NCBI GenBank assembly: GCA_035304545.1
Contig: DATGPV010000054.1
Location: 74,473-138,472, forward strand
DNA length: 64,000 nucleotides
Direction of reading: 5' to 3'
From: Limnochordales bacterium
Lineage (GTDB): Bacteria; Bacillota; Limnochordia; Limnochordales; ZCTH02-B6
The first letter of the stretch is position 1. Every line of letters begins with the position of its first letter. The notes under the pieces were generated by a model, which saw nothing but the letters and a program-made list of their open reading frames with translations, was not told the origin of the DNA and ran no database searches. The translations under genes were made by a program, and so were the position numbers. Below are positions 18,743 to 32,002 of the stretch, in pieces.

Positions 18743-20025
18743 GCCATCACCCGCCCTTCCCGCACGACCCAGCGGCCGCCCACCATGGTGGCCACGGGCC
18801 AACCCTGGAGCCGCCAGCCCGCCAAGGGCGTGTTGCGGCTGCGGGACCACCCTTGGGCGGGATCGTAGACCCGCTCGGTGTTCAGGTCGATGACGGTCAG
18901 ATCCGCCGGGGATCCGGGGGCCAAGGTGCCGCCGGGCAGGCCCAGCGCCCGGGCCGGGTGATGGCTCAGGCGGGCGATGACCTCCCCCAAGGACAACTGT
19001 CCCGCGGCCACGACCCGGGTCACAAGAAGGGGCAGCGCGGTTTCCAGACCGATGATCCCAGGCCGCGCCCGGTCAAACTCTACCTGCTTTTCCTCCAGGG
19101 TGCAGGGGCTGTGGTCCGTGGCGATGCAGTCAATGGTGCCGTCCCGCAAGCCTTCGATCAGGGCGGCCGCGTCCGCGGCCGTCCGCAGGGGCGGGCGCAG
19201 CCGCCAATGGGCGTCATCGGGCTCCACATCGGCATCGGTCCACACCAGATGGTGGGGCGTCACGTCGGTCGTCACCGCTACCCCGCGGGCCTTGGCGGCG
19301 CGGATGAGGGCGACGCTGCCCGCGGTGCTCACGTGGGCAATGTGCAGCCGGGCTCCAGTAAGTTCGGCCAGCAGCAAGTCCCGCGCGACGACGATTTCCT
19401 CCGCGGCCGCCGGGACGCCCGGCAAGCCGTGCACCGTCGCGTGGAAACCTTCGTGCATGACGCCCGGCCCGGCTAGGTCCGCGTCCTCGCAGTGGACCAC
19501 CACCGGCAGTTCCCACAGGCGGGCATACTCCAGCGCCCGTCGCAGCACGCCCGCCCGGGCGATGGCCCGCGGACCGTCCCACAGGGCCACCGCGCCCGCG
19601 TCCTTGAGCTCCCCCATTTCGGTCAGCTCATCGCCGCGGCCACCCTTGGTGATGGCCGCCAGCGGGTAGACCCGGACGACGCCCTCCCGCCGGGCCCGCT
19701 CCCGCACAAAGCTCACCCATCCGGCGTCGTCGATGACGGCCTCGGGGCCGGCCCAGACGCACACCGCGGTGAAGCCGCCCGCGGCCGCGGCCCGGGTCCC
19801 GGACCCGATGGTTTCCGCCTGCTCCCGCCCGGGTTCCCCCAGATCGGCCCGGAGGTCGATGAACCCCGGCGCCACCACGTGGCCCGTGCAGTCCACGGTT
19901 TCGCCGGCCTCGTCCAAGTCCTTGCCCAGGGCCGCGACGTGGCCGTCGGCCACCAGCACGTCCAGCACCTCATCGATGCCCTGGGACGGATCCACCACCC
20001 GGCCGCCTTTAAGCAGCCATCGCAT
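18739..20025 (-). CDS. pyrC: Dihydroorotase-like protein, probably inactive (PyrC' type)
   Basis: DHOase fold motifs ETIGSGTRAAAAGGFT, HCED, HIAHVST, TPHHL, ATDH, SRNTP; metal-binding DxHxH reads DLRAD. Confidence 0.85.
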   Translation of the reverse strand: MRWLLKGGRVVDPSQGIDEVLDVLVADGHVAALGKDLDEAGETVDCTGHVVAPGFIDLRADLGEPGREQAETIGSGTRAAAAGGFTAVCVWAGPEAVIDDAGWVSFVRERARREGVVRVYPLAAITKGGRGDELTEMGELKDAGAVALWDGPRAIARAGVLRRALEYARLWELPVVVHCEDADLAGPGVMHEGFHATVHGLPGVPAAAEEIVVARDLLLAELTGARLHIAHVSTAGSVALIRAAKARGVAVTTDVTPHHLVWTDADVEPDDAHWRLRPPLRTAADAAALIEGLRDGTIDCIATDHSPCTLEEKQVEFDRARPGIIGLETALPLLVTRVVAAGQLSLGEVIARLSHHPARALGLPGGTLAPGSPADLTVIDLNTERVYDPAQGWSRSRNTPLAGWRLQGWPVATMVGGRWVVREGRVMA

Positions 20026-20947
20026 TCCCGCGCCCCCCCATCAGCAGGAAAAGCACGGCCATGCGTACCGCGACGCCGTTGGTCACCTGATCGTGCACCC
20101 GGGCCCGGGGGTCGTCCACGGCTTCCTGCACGATCTCCACGCCCAGGTTGGCGGGCCCGGGATGGAGGATGAGCGCGTCGGGGCGCAACAGGTCCAGGCG
20201 CTCCCGGGTCAGGCCAAAGCGGCGGGTGTATTCCCTGAGGCTCGGGATGAGCGCGGTGTGCTGGCGCTCCCGCTGGATGCGCAAGATGTTGACCACATCG
20301 ACCTCGGGGAGAACTTGATCCAGATCGTGGCTGACGGCTACCCCCAGCTGCTCCAGGCCCGGCGGGATCAGGGTGGGCGGGCCCACCACGGTGATGCGGG
20401 CCCCCAGGGTGCGCAGGCCCCAGATGTTGGAGCGGGCGACGCGACTGTGGAGAATATCCCCCACGATGGCCACGTGCAGGCCCGCCACATGGCCCTTGGC
20501 CTCGCGAATGGTGAACAGGTCCAGCAGGGCTTGGGTGGGATGCTCGTGCATGCCGTCGCCCGCGTTGATGACCGCGGCCCCGATGGTGCGGGCCAACAGG
20601 GCCGGCGCCCCCGCCGAAGGGTGGCGGATGACGACGATGTCGGCGCCCAGGGCCGCCAAGGTCCTGGCCGTGTCCGTCAGGCTTTCGCCCTTGACGACGC
20701 TGGACGCGGGCACCGAGATGTTGACCACGTCTGCGCTCATCCACTTGCCCGCCAGTTCGAACGAGGTGCGGGTGCGGGTGCTGGGCTCATAAAACAGGTT
20801 GACCATCACCTGCCCCCGCAGGGTGGGCAGCTTCTTGACGTCCCGGCCGAAGATGTCCTTGCAGGCCACGGCCGTGTCCAGCACTTGCTGGATGTCGGCC
20901 GCGCTCAGATCCCGCATGCGGATCAGATGCCTGCGCGCCCAGGCCAT
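20009..20947 (-). CDS. pyrB: Aspartate carbamoyltransferase catalytic subunit
   Basis: FYEPSTRTRTSFE, KGESL, INAGDGMHEHPTQALLD, HSRVARSN, LRIQRER, HPGP. Confidence 0.97.
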   Translation of the reverse strand: MAWARRHLIRMRDLSAADIQQVLDTAVACKDIFGRDVKKLPTLRGQVMVNLFYEPSTRTRTSFELAGKWMSADVVNISVPASSVVKGESLTDTARTLAALGADIVVIRHPSAGAPALLARTIGAAVINAGDGMHEHPTQALLDLFTIREAKGHVAGLHVAIVGDILHSRVARSNIWGLRTLGARITVVGPPTLIPPGLEQLGVAVSHDLDQVLPEVDVVNILRIQRERQHTALIPSLREYTRRFGLTRERLDLLRPDALILHPGPANLGVEIVQEAVDDPRARVHDQVTNGVAVRMAVLFLLMGGRGNAMAA

Positions 20948-20968
20948 GCCTGTCCCCTCCTCCGCTCC

Positions 20969-23030
<2,062 letters not shown>

Positions 23031-23051
23031 ATGCCCTTTCCGTTTGCCATC

Positions 23052-23081
23052 AGTGTAGTGGATGGGCCGGCCTGGTGTCAA
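23052..23081 (-). promoter_or_regulatory. Sigma-A promoter of the pyr operon
   Basis: TTGACA (23081-23076, overlapping the rluD stop), 18 nt, TACACT (23057-23052). Confidence 0.7.
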
Positions 23082-24016
23082 CCACCGTCCGCGCCGCTGC
23101 CGGCCTTTTGGCCGCGCAAGTCCTTGAGCACCATCTCCATGTGCTCGGGCAAAGGCGCCACAAAGGTGAGCCACGCCCCGGTGCGGGGATGGCGGAAGCC
23201 CAGGCGGCGGGCGTGGAGGCACTGCCCCTGCAGGGGCCAAGGCGAGGACCGGCCCCCGTAGACCCGGTCCCCCAGCACCGGATGGCCCAGGTGGGCCAAA
23301 TGCACCCGGATCTGGTGGGTGCGGCCTGTCTGCAGGATCAGGCGCATGTACGTGTAATCAGGAAACCGCTCCAGCACCTCGTACTCGGTGATGGCCGGCC
23401 TCCCCCCGGCCACCACGGCCATGCGCTTGCGATGCACCGGGTGGCGCCCGATGGGCGCGTCGATGCGGCCCCGGTGGGCCCGCACCTGGCCGTGCACGAT
23501 GGCCACATACTCCCGGAGCACCTCCCTGGCCTGCAGCTGCCGGGCCAGGGAGATATGGGCCATGTCGTGCTTGGCCACCGCCAACAGGCCCGAGGTGTCC
23601 TTGTCCAGCCGGTGGACGATGCCGGGCCGCTCCTGGCCGCCGATGCCCGACAAGCCCGGGCTGTGGGCCAGAAGGGCATTGACCAGCGTCCCGGCCCGGT
23701 TGCCGGCCGCCGGGTGCACCACCATCCCCTGGGGCTTGTTGACCACGATGATGTCGTCGTCCTCATAGACGATGTCCAGCGGGATCTTCTCGGGGAGGGC
23801 CTCCATCGGTTCCGGCGGCGGAATGTCCACCAGGATGTACTGGCCCGGCCGCACCCGCTGGCTGGCGCTGGCGGGCTCGCCGTCCACCCACACCAGCCCC
23901 ATGTCGATGAGCCGCTGCACGAAGGCGCGCGACGGCCCTACGCCGGCCGCGGCCAACCAGCGGTCCAGCCGCTCCGCTGGCGCGTCCTCGGGCACCACCA
24001 ATTCCTTACGCTCCAC
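23078..24016 (-). CDS. rluD: RluA/RluD family 23S rRNA pseudouridine synthase
   Basis: S4 domain (RLD), VNKPQGMVVHP, GIVHRLDKDTSG, TGRTHQIRVH, LHA; GTG after GGAGG. Confidence 0.95.
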   Translation of the reverse strand: MERKELVVPEDAPAERLDRWLAAAGVGPSRAFVQRLIDMGLVWVDGEPASASQRVRPGQYILVDIPPPEPMEALPEKIPLDIVYEDDDIIVVNKPQGMVVHPAAGNRAGTLVNALLAHSPGLSGIGGQERPGIVHRLDKDTSGLLAVAKHDMAHISLARQLQAREVLREYVAIVHGQVRAHRGRIDAPIGRHPVHRKRMAVVAGGRPAITEYEVLERFPDYTYMRLILQTGRTHQIRVHLAHLGHPVLGDRVYGGRSSPWPLQGQCLHARRLGFRHPRTGAWLTFVAPLPEHMEMVLKDLRGQKAGSGADGG

Positions 24017-24527
24017 GGTGACCCTCCGGTGCCTTGGCCCCGTCGGGTGAGCCGGATCCTGAAGGGCCTCCGGCGCCTTCGGGCTGACCGGGCGCATCCC
24101 GGCCCAGGAGGACGTACCCGATGAGGACGGCCACCCCCGTCACGATCGCGATATCCGCCACATTGAACACCGGCAGCACCAGAATGTCGATAAAGTCCAC
24201 CACCGCACCCCGGAACACCCGGTCCATCAGATTGCCCGCGGCTCCGCCCAAGCCTGCCGCGATGGCCAGCTGCATCCCCCGGGGCAGCCGCCTGATGTCC
24301 CGCCGCCGCCACCACGCGTACAGCAGGACCAGCACGGTGCCCGCGATGAGGAAAACTTGCTGATATGGGAACAACCCAAAGGCGGCCCCCGGGTTGTGGA
24401 CGCGGGTGATGTAGAGCAGCCCGGGCATCACAGCGCGCGCTTCGCCCGGGGCCAGCTGGCGGACGACCCACCCTTTGGCGAGCTGGTCCAGCAGCACCAC
24501 CGCCAGCCCGACGGCCATCAAGCGCAA
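24006..24527 (-). CDS. lspA: Lipoprotein signal peptidase II
   Basis: LDQLAK, NPGAAFG, GGAAGNLMDR, VVDFI, VFNVAD; TTG 24527 after AGGAGG; upstream extended -10 TGCTAAAAT. Confidence 0.93.
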   Translation of the reverse strand: MRLMAVGLAVVLLDQLAKGWVVRQLAPGEARAVMPGLLYITRVHNPGAAFGLFPYQQVFLIAGTVLVLLYAWWRRRDIRRLPRGMQLAIAAGLGGAAGNLMDRVFRGAVVDFIDILVLPVFNVADIAIVTGVAVLIGYVLLGRDAPGQPEGAGGPSGSGSPDGAKAPEGHRGA

Positions 24528-24607
24528 CGGGCCCGGACCTCCTGTCAGCGTGCTCCCCAAATTTTAGCATACGCCTGGGAGGCCAAACAACCAGTGCGCG
24601 GTCGTGC

Positions 24608-25252
24608 TCACGGTTCGGTCTGGGGCGACCCTTGGCGGGGCGTCATGGGGTCAACGTCCGGGTCTTCCTCCCCAGGCGTGTCCTGAGGGCTGTTGGACGT
24701 GCCAAAGCGGGCCAGCTCCCGCCACGCATCCCCGCCGTCCCAGCCGGTACCGGTGCCGAAGCTGCGGCCAAAAGGCGGGGACAGCGCCTCCTCCTCCGCC
24801 GGCCGGCGGTCCGGCCGGCCGCCCGGCCCGCGCCCTGCGCCCGGAATACCTTCCGGGCCCAGGCCTGCACCCGCTTCGCCCTCCTCGGCCGCGGCCTGGC
24901 ACGGCGCACACCGGGTGGCCGCGGGCACGGCCCGCAGGCGCTCGGGCGGGATCGGCCGGCCGCACCGCTCGCACAGGCCGTAGCGGCCGGCTTCCAGCCG
25001 CTCCAGGGCCCGCTCCACTTGGGCCAGCCGCTCCCGGGTATGCTGCAAGAGCCCCAGATCTGCCTGCCGGGCCGCGAGTTCGCTGCCCAGGTCCGCGGGA
25101 TGTTGATCATAGAGGGACAGCTCGCCGATGCCGCCTGTTTCGGCATCGGTCCATCCCCAGCTCCGCAGGACCTCCAGGGAGCGCTGGAGCCGCCGCCGCT
25201 CCGTCATGAGCCGCGCCCGCAGGCGCGCCTGCTGGTCCTTCTCCAATACCAC
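24608..25252 (-). CDS. YteA-like TraR/DksA C4 zinc-finger sporulation protein
   Basis: GELSLYDQHPADLGSE, YGLCERCG..IPPERLRAVP...CAPC, RPAEEE, DAW..LARFGTS. Confidence 0.88.
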   Translation of the reverse strand: MVLEKDQQARLRARLMTERRRLQRSLEVLRSWGWTDAETGGIGELSLYDQHPADLGSELAARQADLGLLQHTRERLAQVERALERLEAGRYGLCERCGRPIPPERLRAVPAATRCAPCQAAAEEGEAGAGLGPEGIPGAGRGPGGRPDRRPAEEEALSPPFGRSFGTGTGWDGGDAWRELARFGTSNSPQDTPGEEDPDVDPMTPRQGSPQTEP

Positions 25253-25288
25253 GTCCGGTCTCCCGCCTCGCGCGGCGGCCGGACCGGC

Positions 25289-25594
25289 TTACGGGCGGGC
25301 CAGTTCGCCCTGGACGATGCGGGTGATCTCGGCCACAAACTCGCCGATGACGGGCAGGTTGAGCATGGCCAGCCGGCCCAGCAGGTAGAGGAACAGGGCG
25401 CCGATGAGGGTGAACCCCACCGCAATGCCAAAACCCCGGGCTACGCCCGAAGTAAAGCTCAAGAGCACCATGCGCCGGGGGGACCGGTAGAGCTCGATGA
25501 GCTCCGCCAGGCTGTGCCGTTCCATCAGGGTCAGCAAACCCTCGATGCGCACCAGCAGCTTCTCCACCAGCTTTTGGTTGATGGCCTCCCGCAT
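25289..25594 (-). CDS. DUF5665-like small membrane protein
   Basis: ELYRSPRRM..FTSGVARGFGIAVGFT...LPVIGEFVAEITRIVQ; start uncertain. Confidence 0.75.
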   Translation of the reverse strand: MREAINQKLVEKLLVRIEGLLTLMERHSLAELIELYRSPRRMVLLSFTSGVARGFGIAVGFTLIGALFLYLLGRLAMLNLPVIGEFVAEITRIVQGELARP

Positions 25595-25656
25595 CGCCGC
25601 CGCTCCGATCGCCGCGGTAAAATGGCTTGCTGCCCTTGTAGGATTCCCCCCGGGGT

Positions 25657-28476
25657 TTACGCGCCATGCCCGTAATCGCGCTCCACCACCGCCGCGCACC
25701 GCGGGCACAGCTGGGGATGGGCCGCGACCGTGCCCACGCCCTCAGACCAGCGCCAGCAGCGGGCGCAGCGGGCGCCGGGGGCCCGTTCCACCACCACGGC
25801 CACCGCCGCGGCCTCATCCCGCAGCGCGCCCGCCGGTGCCGCCGCGTCGGGCGGATGGACCCGCACCGCGGACACGATGAAGGCCTCGGCCAGCTGCTCC
25901 GTGGTAAAGCCTTGCAGGTGCGCGGCCGCCCCCGCCGCCGGATACAGTTCCACCGCGGCTTCGGTGGACGCGCCGATCAGCTTGGCGTTGCGGGCCGCCT
26001 CCAAGGCCTTGGCCACCACCCGGCGCACGGCCAACAGCTGCTCCCACTTTTCCAGCAGAGCCTGTTCTTCCGGCGTTTCCTCCGGCGGCTCGGCCCAGGT
26101 GGTCAGGTGGACGCTCTCCTCCTCCCGGGCGTGCTCGGGCAAGTGCTGCCAGATCTCATCGGCGGTGAAGGCCAAGACCGGGGCGATGAGCTTGGTCAAG
26201 GTGACCAGGATTTCGTACAGGGCCGTCTGCGCGGAGCGCCGCGCCCAGGACGCAGGCCCTTCGCAGTAGAGGCGATCTTTGAGGGCGTCCAGGTAAAAGC
26301 CGCCCATGTCCACCGCGCAGAAATGGTGCACCTGGTGAAAGACCACGTGATACTCGTAGTCCCGGTAGGCCTGGATGGCCCGGCGGGCCAGCCGCCGCAG
26401 GCGCAGGATGGCCCAGCGGTCCAGCTCTGCCATCCGTTCCAGAGGCACGCGATCCTTCTCCGGGTCAAAGTCCGCGGTGTTGCCCAACAAAAACCGGGCC
26501 GTGTTGCGGATGCGCCGGTACACCTCGGCCAGCTGCTTGAGGATGTTGTCCGAGATGCGCACATCGCCCCGGTAATCCACCGACGCCGCCCACAGCCGCA
26601 GCACGTCGGCGCCGTAGGTGTCCACCACCGCTTGGGGCTCCACCACGTTGCCCAGGGACTTGGACATCTTGCGGCCTTCCTCGTCCACCACGAAACCATG
26701 GGTCAAGACGGACCGGTAGGGAGCCTCGCCCCGGGTGGCCACCGATGTGAGCAGCGACGACTGGAACCAGCCCCGGTGCTGATCGCTGCCTTCCAGGTAC
26801 ATGTCCGCCGGCCAGCGCAGTTCGGGCCGCTCCGTGAGCACCGCGGCATGGGACGAGCCCGAGTCAAACCAGACGTCCATGATGTCCTTTTCCTTGTCAA
26901 ATTCGGTGCCGCCGCAGTGGGGACACGCCTTGCCCGCGGGCAGAATCTCGCGGGCATCCCGGATGAACCACGCGTCGGAGCCTTCCCGGCGGAACAGGCC
27001 GGCCACCGCGGCGATGGTTTCCTCGTCGATGAGGTGCTGGCCGCAGCCCCGGCAGAAGAAGATGGGGATGGGGACCCCCCACACCCGCTGTCGGGAAATG
27101 CACCAGTCGGCCCGCTGGGCCACCATATTGCTGATGCGCTCCTCGCCCCAGGGCGGGATCCACTGCACCTGGCGGATGGCCGCCAAAGCCGCCTCCCGAA
27201 AACCTTCCACCGAGGCAAACCACTGCTCGGTGGCGCGGAAGAGAACCGGATTGCGGCAGCGCCAGCAGTGGGGGTACTGGTGCTCCACGTCGGCGCGAGC
27301 CAACAGCCGCCCGCGGTCGGCCAGGTCGTCGATGATGGCCGCGTTCGCCTCGGTCACCCTCTGGCCCGCGTAGGGTCCGGCGTCCGCGGTAAATCGCCCC
27401 TGCCCGTCCACGGGCGCCAGGATGGGCAGCCCGTAGCGCTGCCCCACCTCGTAGTCCTCCAGGCCGTGACCGGGGGCTGTATGGACGCATCCGGTTCCCT
27501 GATCCAACGTTACGTGTTCGCCCAGGATGATGGGGCTTTCCCGGTCAAACAGCGGGTGGCGGGTGACGACGCCCTCCAACTCCTGCCCGCGGAACTGCTG
27601 CCGGACGCCCCGGACCGTGAGCTGCGCGGCCTGGGCCACCTGCGCGACGAGCCCTTCGGCCATCAGGAGCAACCCCCGGTCGGTGTCCGCCAGGACATAG
27701 GTGAACTCGGGGTGCAGCGCGATGGCCATGTTGGCCGGGATGGTCCACGGCGTGGTGGTCCACACGGCCACGGCGCTGCCCTCGGGCAAGCGGCCCTTGC
27801 CGTCCACTACGGCGAAGGTGAAAAAGACCGAGGGGGAGCGGTGATCCCGGTACTCGATCTCGGCCTCGGCCAGGGCCGTCTCGCAATGGGGGCACCAGTA
27901 CACGGGCTTGAGGCCCCGGTAGATGTAGCCCTGCCGGGCCATCTCGCCAAAGACTTCCACTTGCCGGGCTTCATATTCCGGGCTCAAGGTCAGGTACGGG
28001 TTTTCCCAGTCCCCCCAAACGCCCAGGCGCTTGAACTGCTGCCGGTGCACGTTGACGTAGTGCAGCGCGTACTCTTTGCAGCGGCGGCGGAACTCCACGG
28101 GGTCGATGGCGTGCCGGTCGAGGCCGTGGGCGGTGATGATGGCGTGCTCGATGGGTAGGCCGTGGGTGTCCCAGCCCGGCACGTAGGGGCTGTGGTAGCC
28201 GTCCATGCTATGGGAGCGAACGACGATGTCCTTCAGGATCTTGTTGAACGCCGTCCCGATGTGGATGTCGCCGTTGGCATAGGGCGGTCCGTCGTGCAGG
28301 ATCCAGACGGGACGGTTTTGGGCGCGCCCCAGCTCCTGCAGGCGCTGGTACAGCCGCTGTTCCTCCCAGCGCCGCAGGAACTCGGGCTCCCGCTGGCTCA
28401 GCTGGGCCCGCATGGGAAACTGGGTGCGCGGCAGCTGCAGCGTCTTTTGGTAATCAACGGTCTTGGCCGAATCCAT
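25657..28476 (-). CDS. ileS: Isoleucine--tRNA ligase (type 1)
   Basis: LHDGPPYANG.IHIGT, PGWDTHGLPIE, WTTTPWT, HTAPGHG, DWCISRQR, EGSDQHRGWF, KMSKS, C-terminal zinc finger; ATG after AGGAGG. Confidence 0.98.
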   Translation of the reverse strand: MDSAKTVDYQKTLQLPRTQFPMRAQLSQREPEFLRRWEEQRLYQRLQELGRAQNRPVWILHDGPPYANGDIHIGTAFNKILKDIVVRSHSMDGYHSPYVPGWDTHGLPIEHAIITAHGLDRHAIDPVEFRRRCKEYALHYVNVHRQQFKRLGVWGDWENPYLTLSPEYEARQVEVFGEMARQGYIYRGLKPVYWCPHCETALAEAEIEYRDHRSPSVFFTFAVVDGKGRLPEGSAVAVWTTTPWTIPANMAIALHPEFTYVLADTDRGLLLMAEGLVAQVAQAAQLTVRGVRQQFRGQELEGVVTRHPLFDRESPIILGEHVTLDQGTGCVHTAPGHGLEDYEVGQRYGLPILAPVDGQGRFTADAGPYAGQRVTEANAAIIDDLADRGRLLARADVEHQYPHCWRCRNPVLFRATEQWFASVEGFREAALAAIRQVQWIPPWGEERISNMVAQRADWCISRQRVWGVPIPIFFCRGCGQHLIDEETIAAVAGLFRREGSDAWFIRDAREILPAGKACPHCGGTEFDKEKDIMDVWFDSGSSHAAVLTERPELRWPADMYLEGSDQHRGWFQSSLLTSVATRGEAPYRSVLTHGFVVDEEGRKMSKSLGNVVEPQAVVDTYGADVLRLWAASVDYRGDVRISDNILKQLAEVYRRIRNTARFLLGNTADFDPEKDRVPLERMAELDRWAILRLRRLARRAIQAYRDYEYHVVFHQVHHFCAVDMGGFYLDALKDRLYCEGPASWARRSAQTALYEILVTLTKLIAPVLAFTADEIWQHLPEHAREEESVHLTTWAEPPEETPEEQALLEKWEQLLAVRRVVAKALEAARNAKLIGASTEAAVELYPAAGAAAHLQGFTTEQLAEAFIVSAVRVHPPDAAAPAGALRDEAAAVAVVVERAPGARCARCWRWSEGVGTVAAHPQLCPRCAAVVERDYGHGA

Positions 28477-28530
28477 CGCACGGGCACCTCCTGCCACCCG
28501 CCGGCCCGCCGCCCGGCGGGCGGCGGCGAG

Positions 28531-28798
28531 TAAAAAAGCCCGTCCCCTCTAAGGGACGGGCTGCTCTTCCCGCGGTACCACCCTTGTTGGACGCGCGCCC
28601 TTGAGGCGGCGCGTCCCCCTCGTGATGCCGGTAACGGCGGCCGCCGGCCCAGCCTACTCGCCTCCCGGGCAACAGTCCCTCCCAGGGCTTTCGGTGAGCA
28701 GCTCCGGGGTGATCTTCGGCGGGCGGTCAGCCGCCGGGCTTCCACCCTCCCCGGCTCGCTGGGGCCTTCCAGCCCCGCCTACTCTCCCCTTCATCGCC
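28531..28798 (-). ncRNA. T-box riboswitch with Ile specifier (AUC)
   Basis: Minus strand GCGATGAAGGGAGAGTA start, AGCGAGCCGG/GGTGGAAG stem I motifs, specifier GAAG-ATC (28713-28711), T-box AAGGGTGGTACCGCG (28585-28571), terminator GCCCGTCCC/GGGACGGGC plus T-run. Confidence 0.95.
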
Positions 28799-28845
28799 TG
28801 TCGCCAAAGGGCCTAGGTTCGCCATCGGGCGCGGGCGGCCCCGCC

Positions 28846-29400
28846 TCAGTCGGCCGCCTGCTCTTCGCCCTGCGCCGGCCCGGCGCCCGCAGTTTCGCCG
28901 CCGCCGGCTGCGGGATCCTCCACCGCGGACGGAACCGTCGCCGCCGCCGGCTGCCTGGGCGCCGCGGTCATATGGATGACCACGTAAAAGGCCCCCAGGG
29001 TCAGCAGCGCGGCAGAGATGATCTTGCCCACGGGCGAAGCGTCGATAACGATCAACGCCCAGGCAAACATCGCGTAGCCCAGGATCAACCCCACAACGGT
29101 GATGAGGTAGGACAAGTCCAGGCGATCCAAAAGCGACGGCGGTGCCACGACCAGCTCCCCGCCGGATCCCGTTTCTGCCGCCAGGCGCTGCGGTCGGAAC
29201 ATGCCTTGCGGATCCAGGGAAGCCTCGCTGAAATCAAAGGTGGTCGTGGCGCAACCTTGCGGGCAATCGAAACGCCAGACGTTGTAGTAAAGCACCGGGC
29301 GTCCCTGGCCGGTGACCGTCCGCTGGGTCGTGCGCTCCGCGACCATGCGGCTGCCGCACGCAGGGCAATACCTTTTTCGGGACAAAGCCCTCCACCTCAC
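28846..29400 (-). CDS. Hypothetical protein with an N-terminal YgiT/MqsA-type zinc ribbon and two transmembrane helices
   Basis: CPACG...NVWRFDCPQGC; two hydrophobic stretches; TTGACA upstream at 29464-29459. Confidence 0.65.
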   Translation of the reverse strand: MRWRALSRKRYCPACGSRMVAERTTQRTVTGQGRPVLYYNVWRFDCPQGCATTTFDFSEASLDPQGMFRPQRLAAETGSGGELVVAPPSLLDRLDLSYLITVVGLILGYAMFAWALIVIDASPVGKIISAALLTLGAFYVVIHMTAAPRQPAAATVPSAVEDPAAGGGETAGAGPAQGEEQAAD

Positions 29401-29513
29401 GCGTAGACCAATCGATGCAACCCTGTATACAGCATAAGTACTACATCTGAAAGGGCCTTGTCAACCGGCCCTCCGGCCCCTTTGGCCGGGGATGGGCCCT
29501 TGGGCCGCTCCCC

Positions 29514-31931
<2,418 letters not shown>

Positions 31932-32002
31932 GGGCAGAACACCAACATCAAAAGCAAACCCGGGGCGGGGCCGGGCCCGTGGGCGACCCGGCCCCCTGTG
32001 TT

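Noticed and set aside
28250-28270. IleRS HIGH motif reads HIGT
   Set aside because: A tolerated variation in type 1 IleRS; all other motifs are intact.
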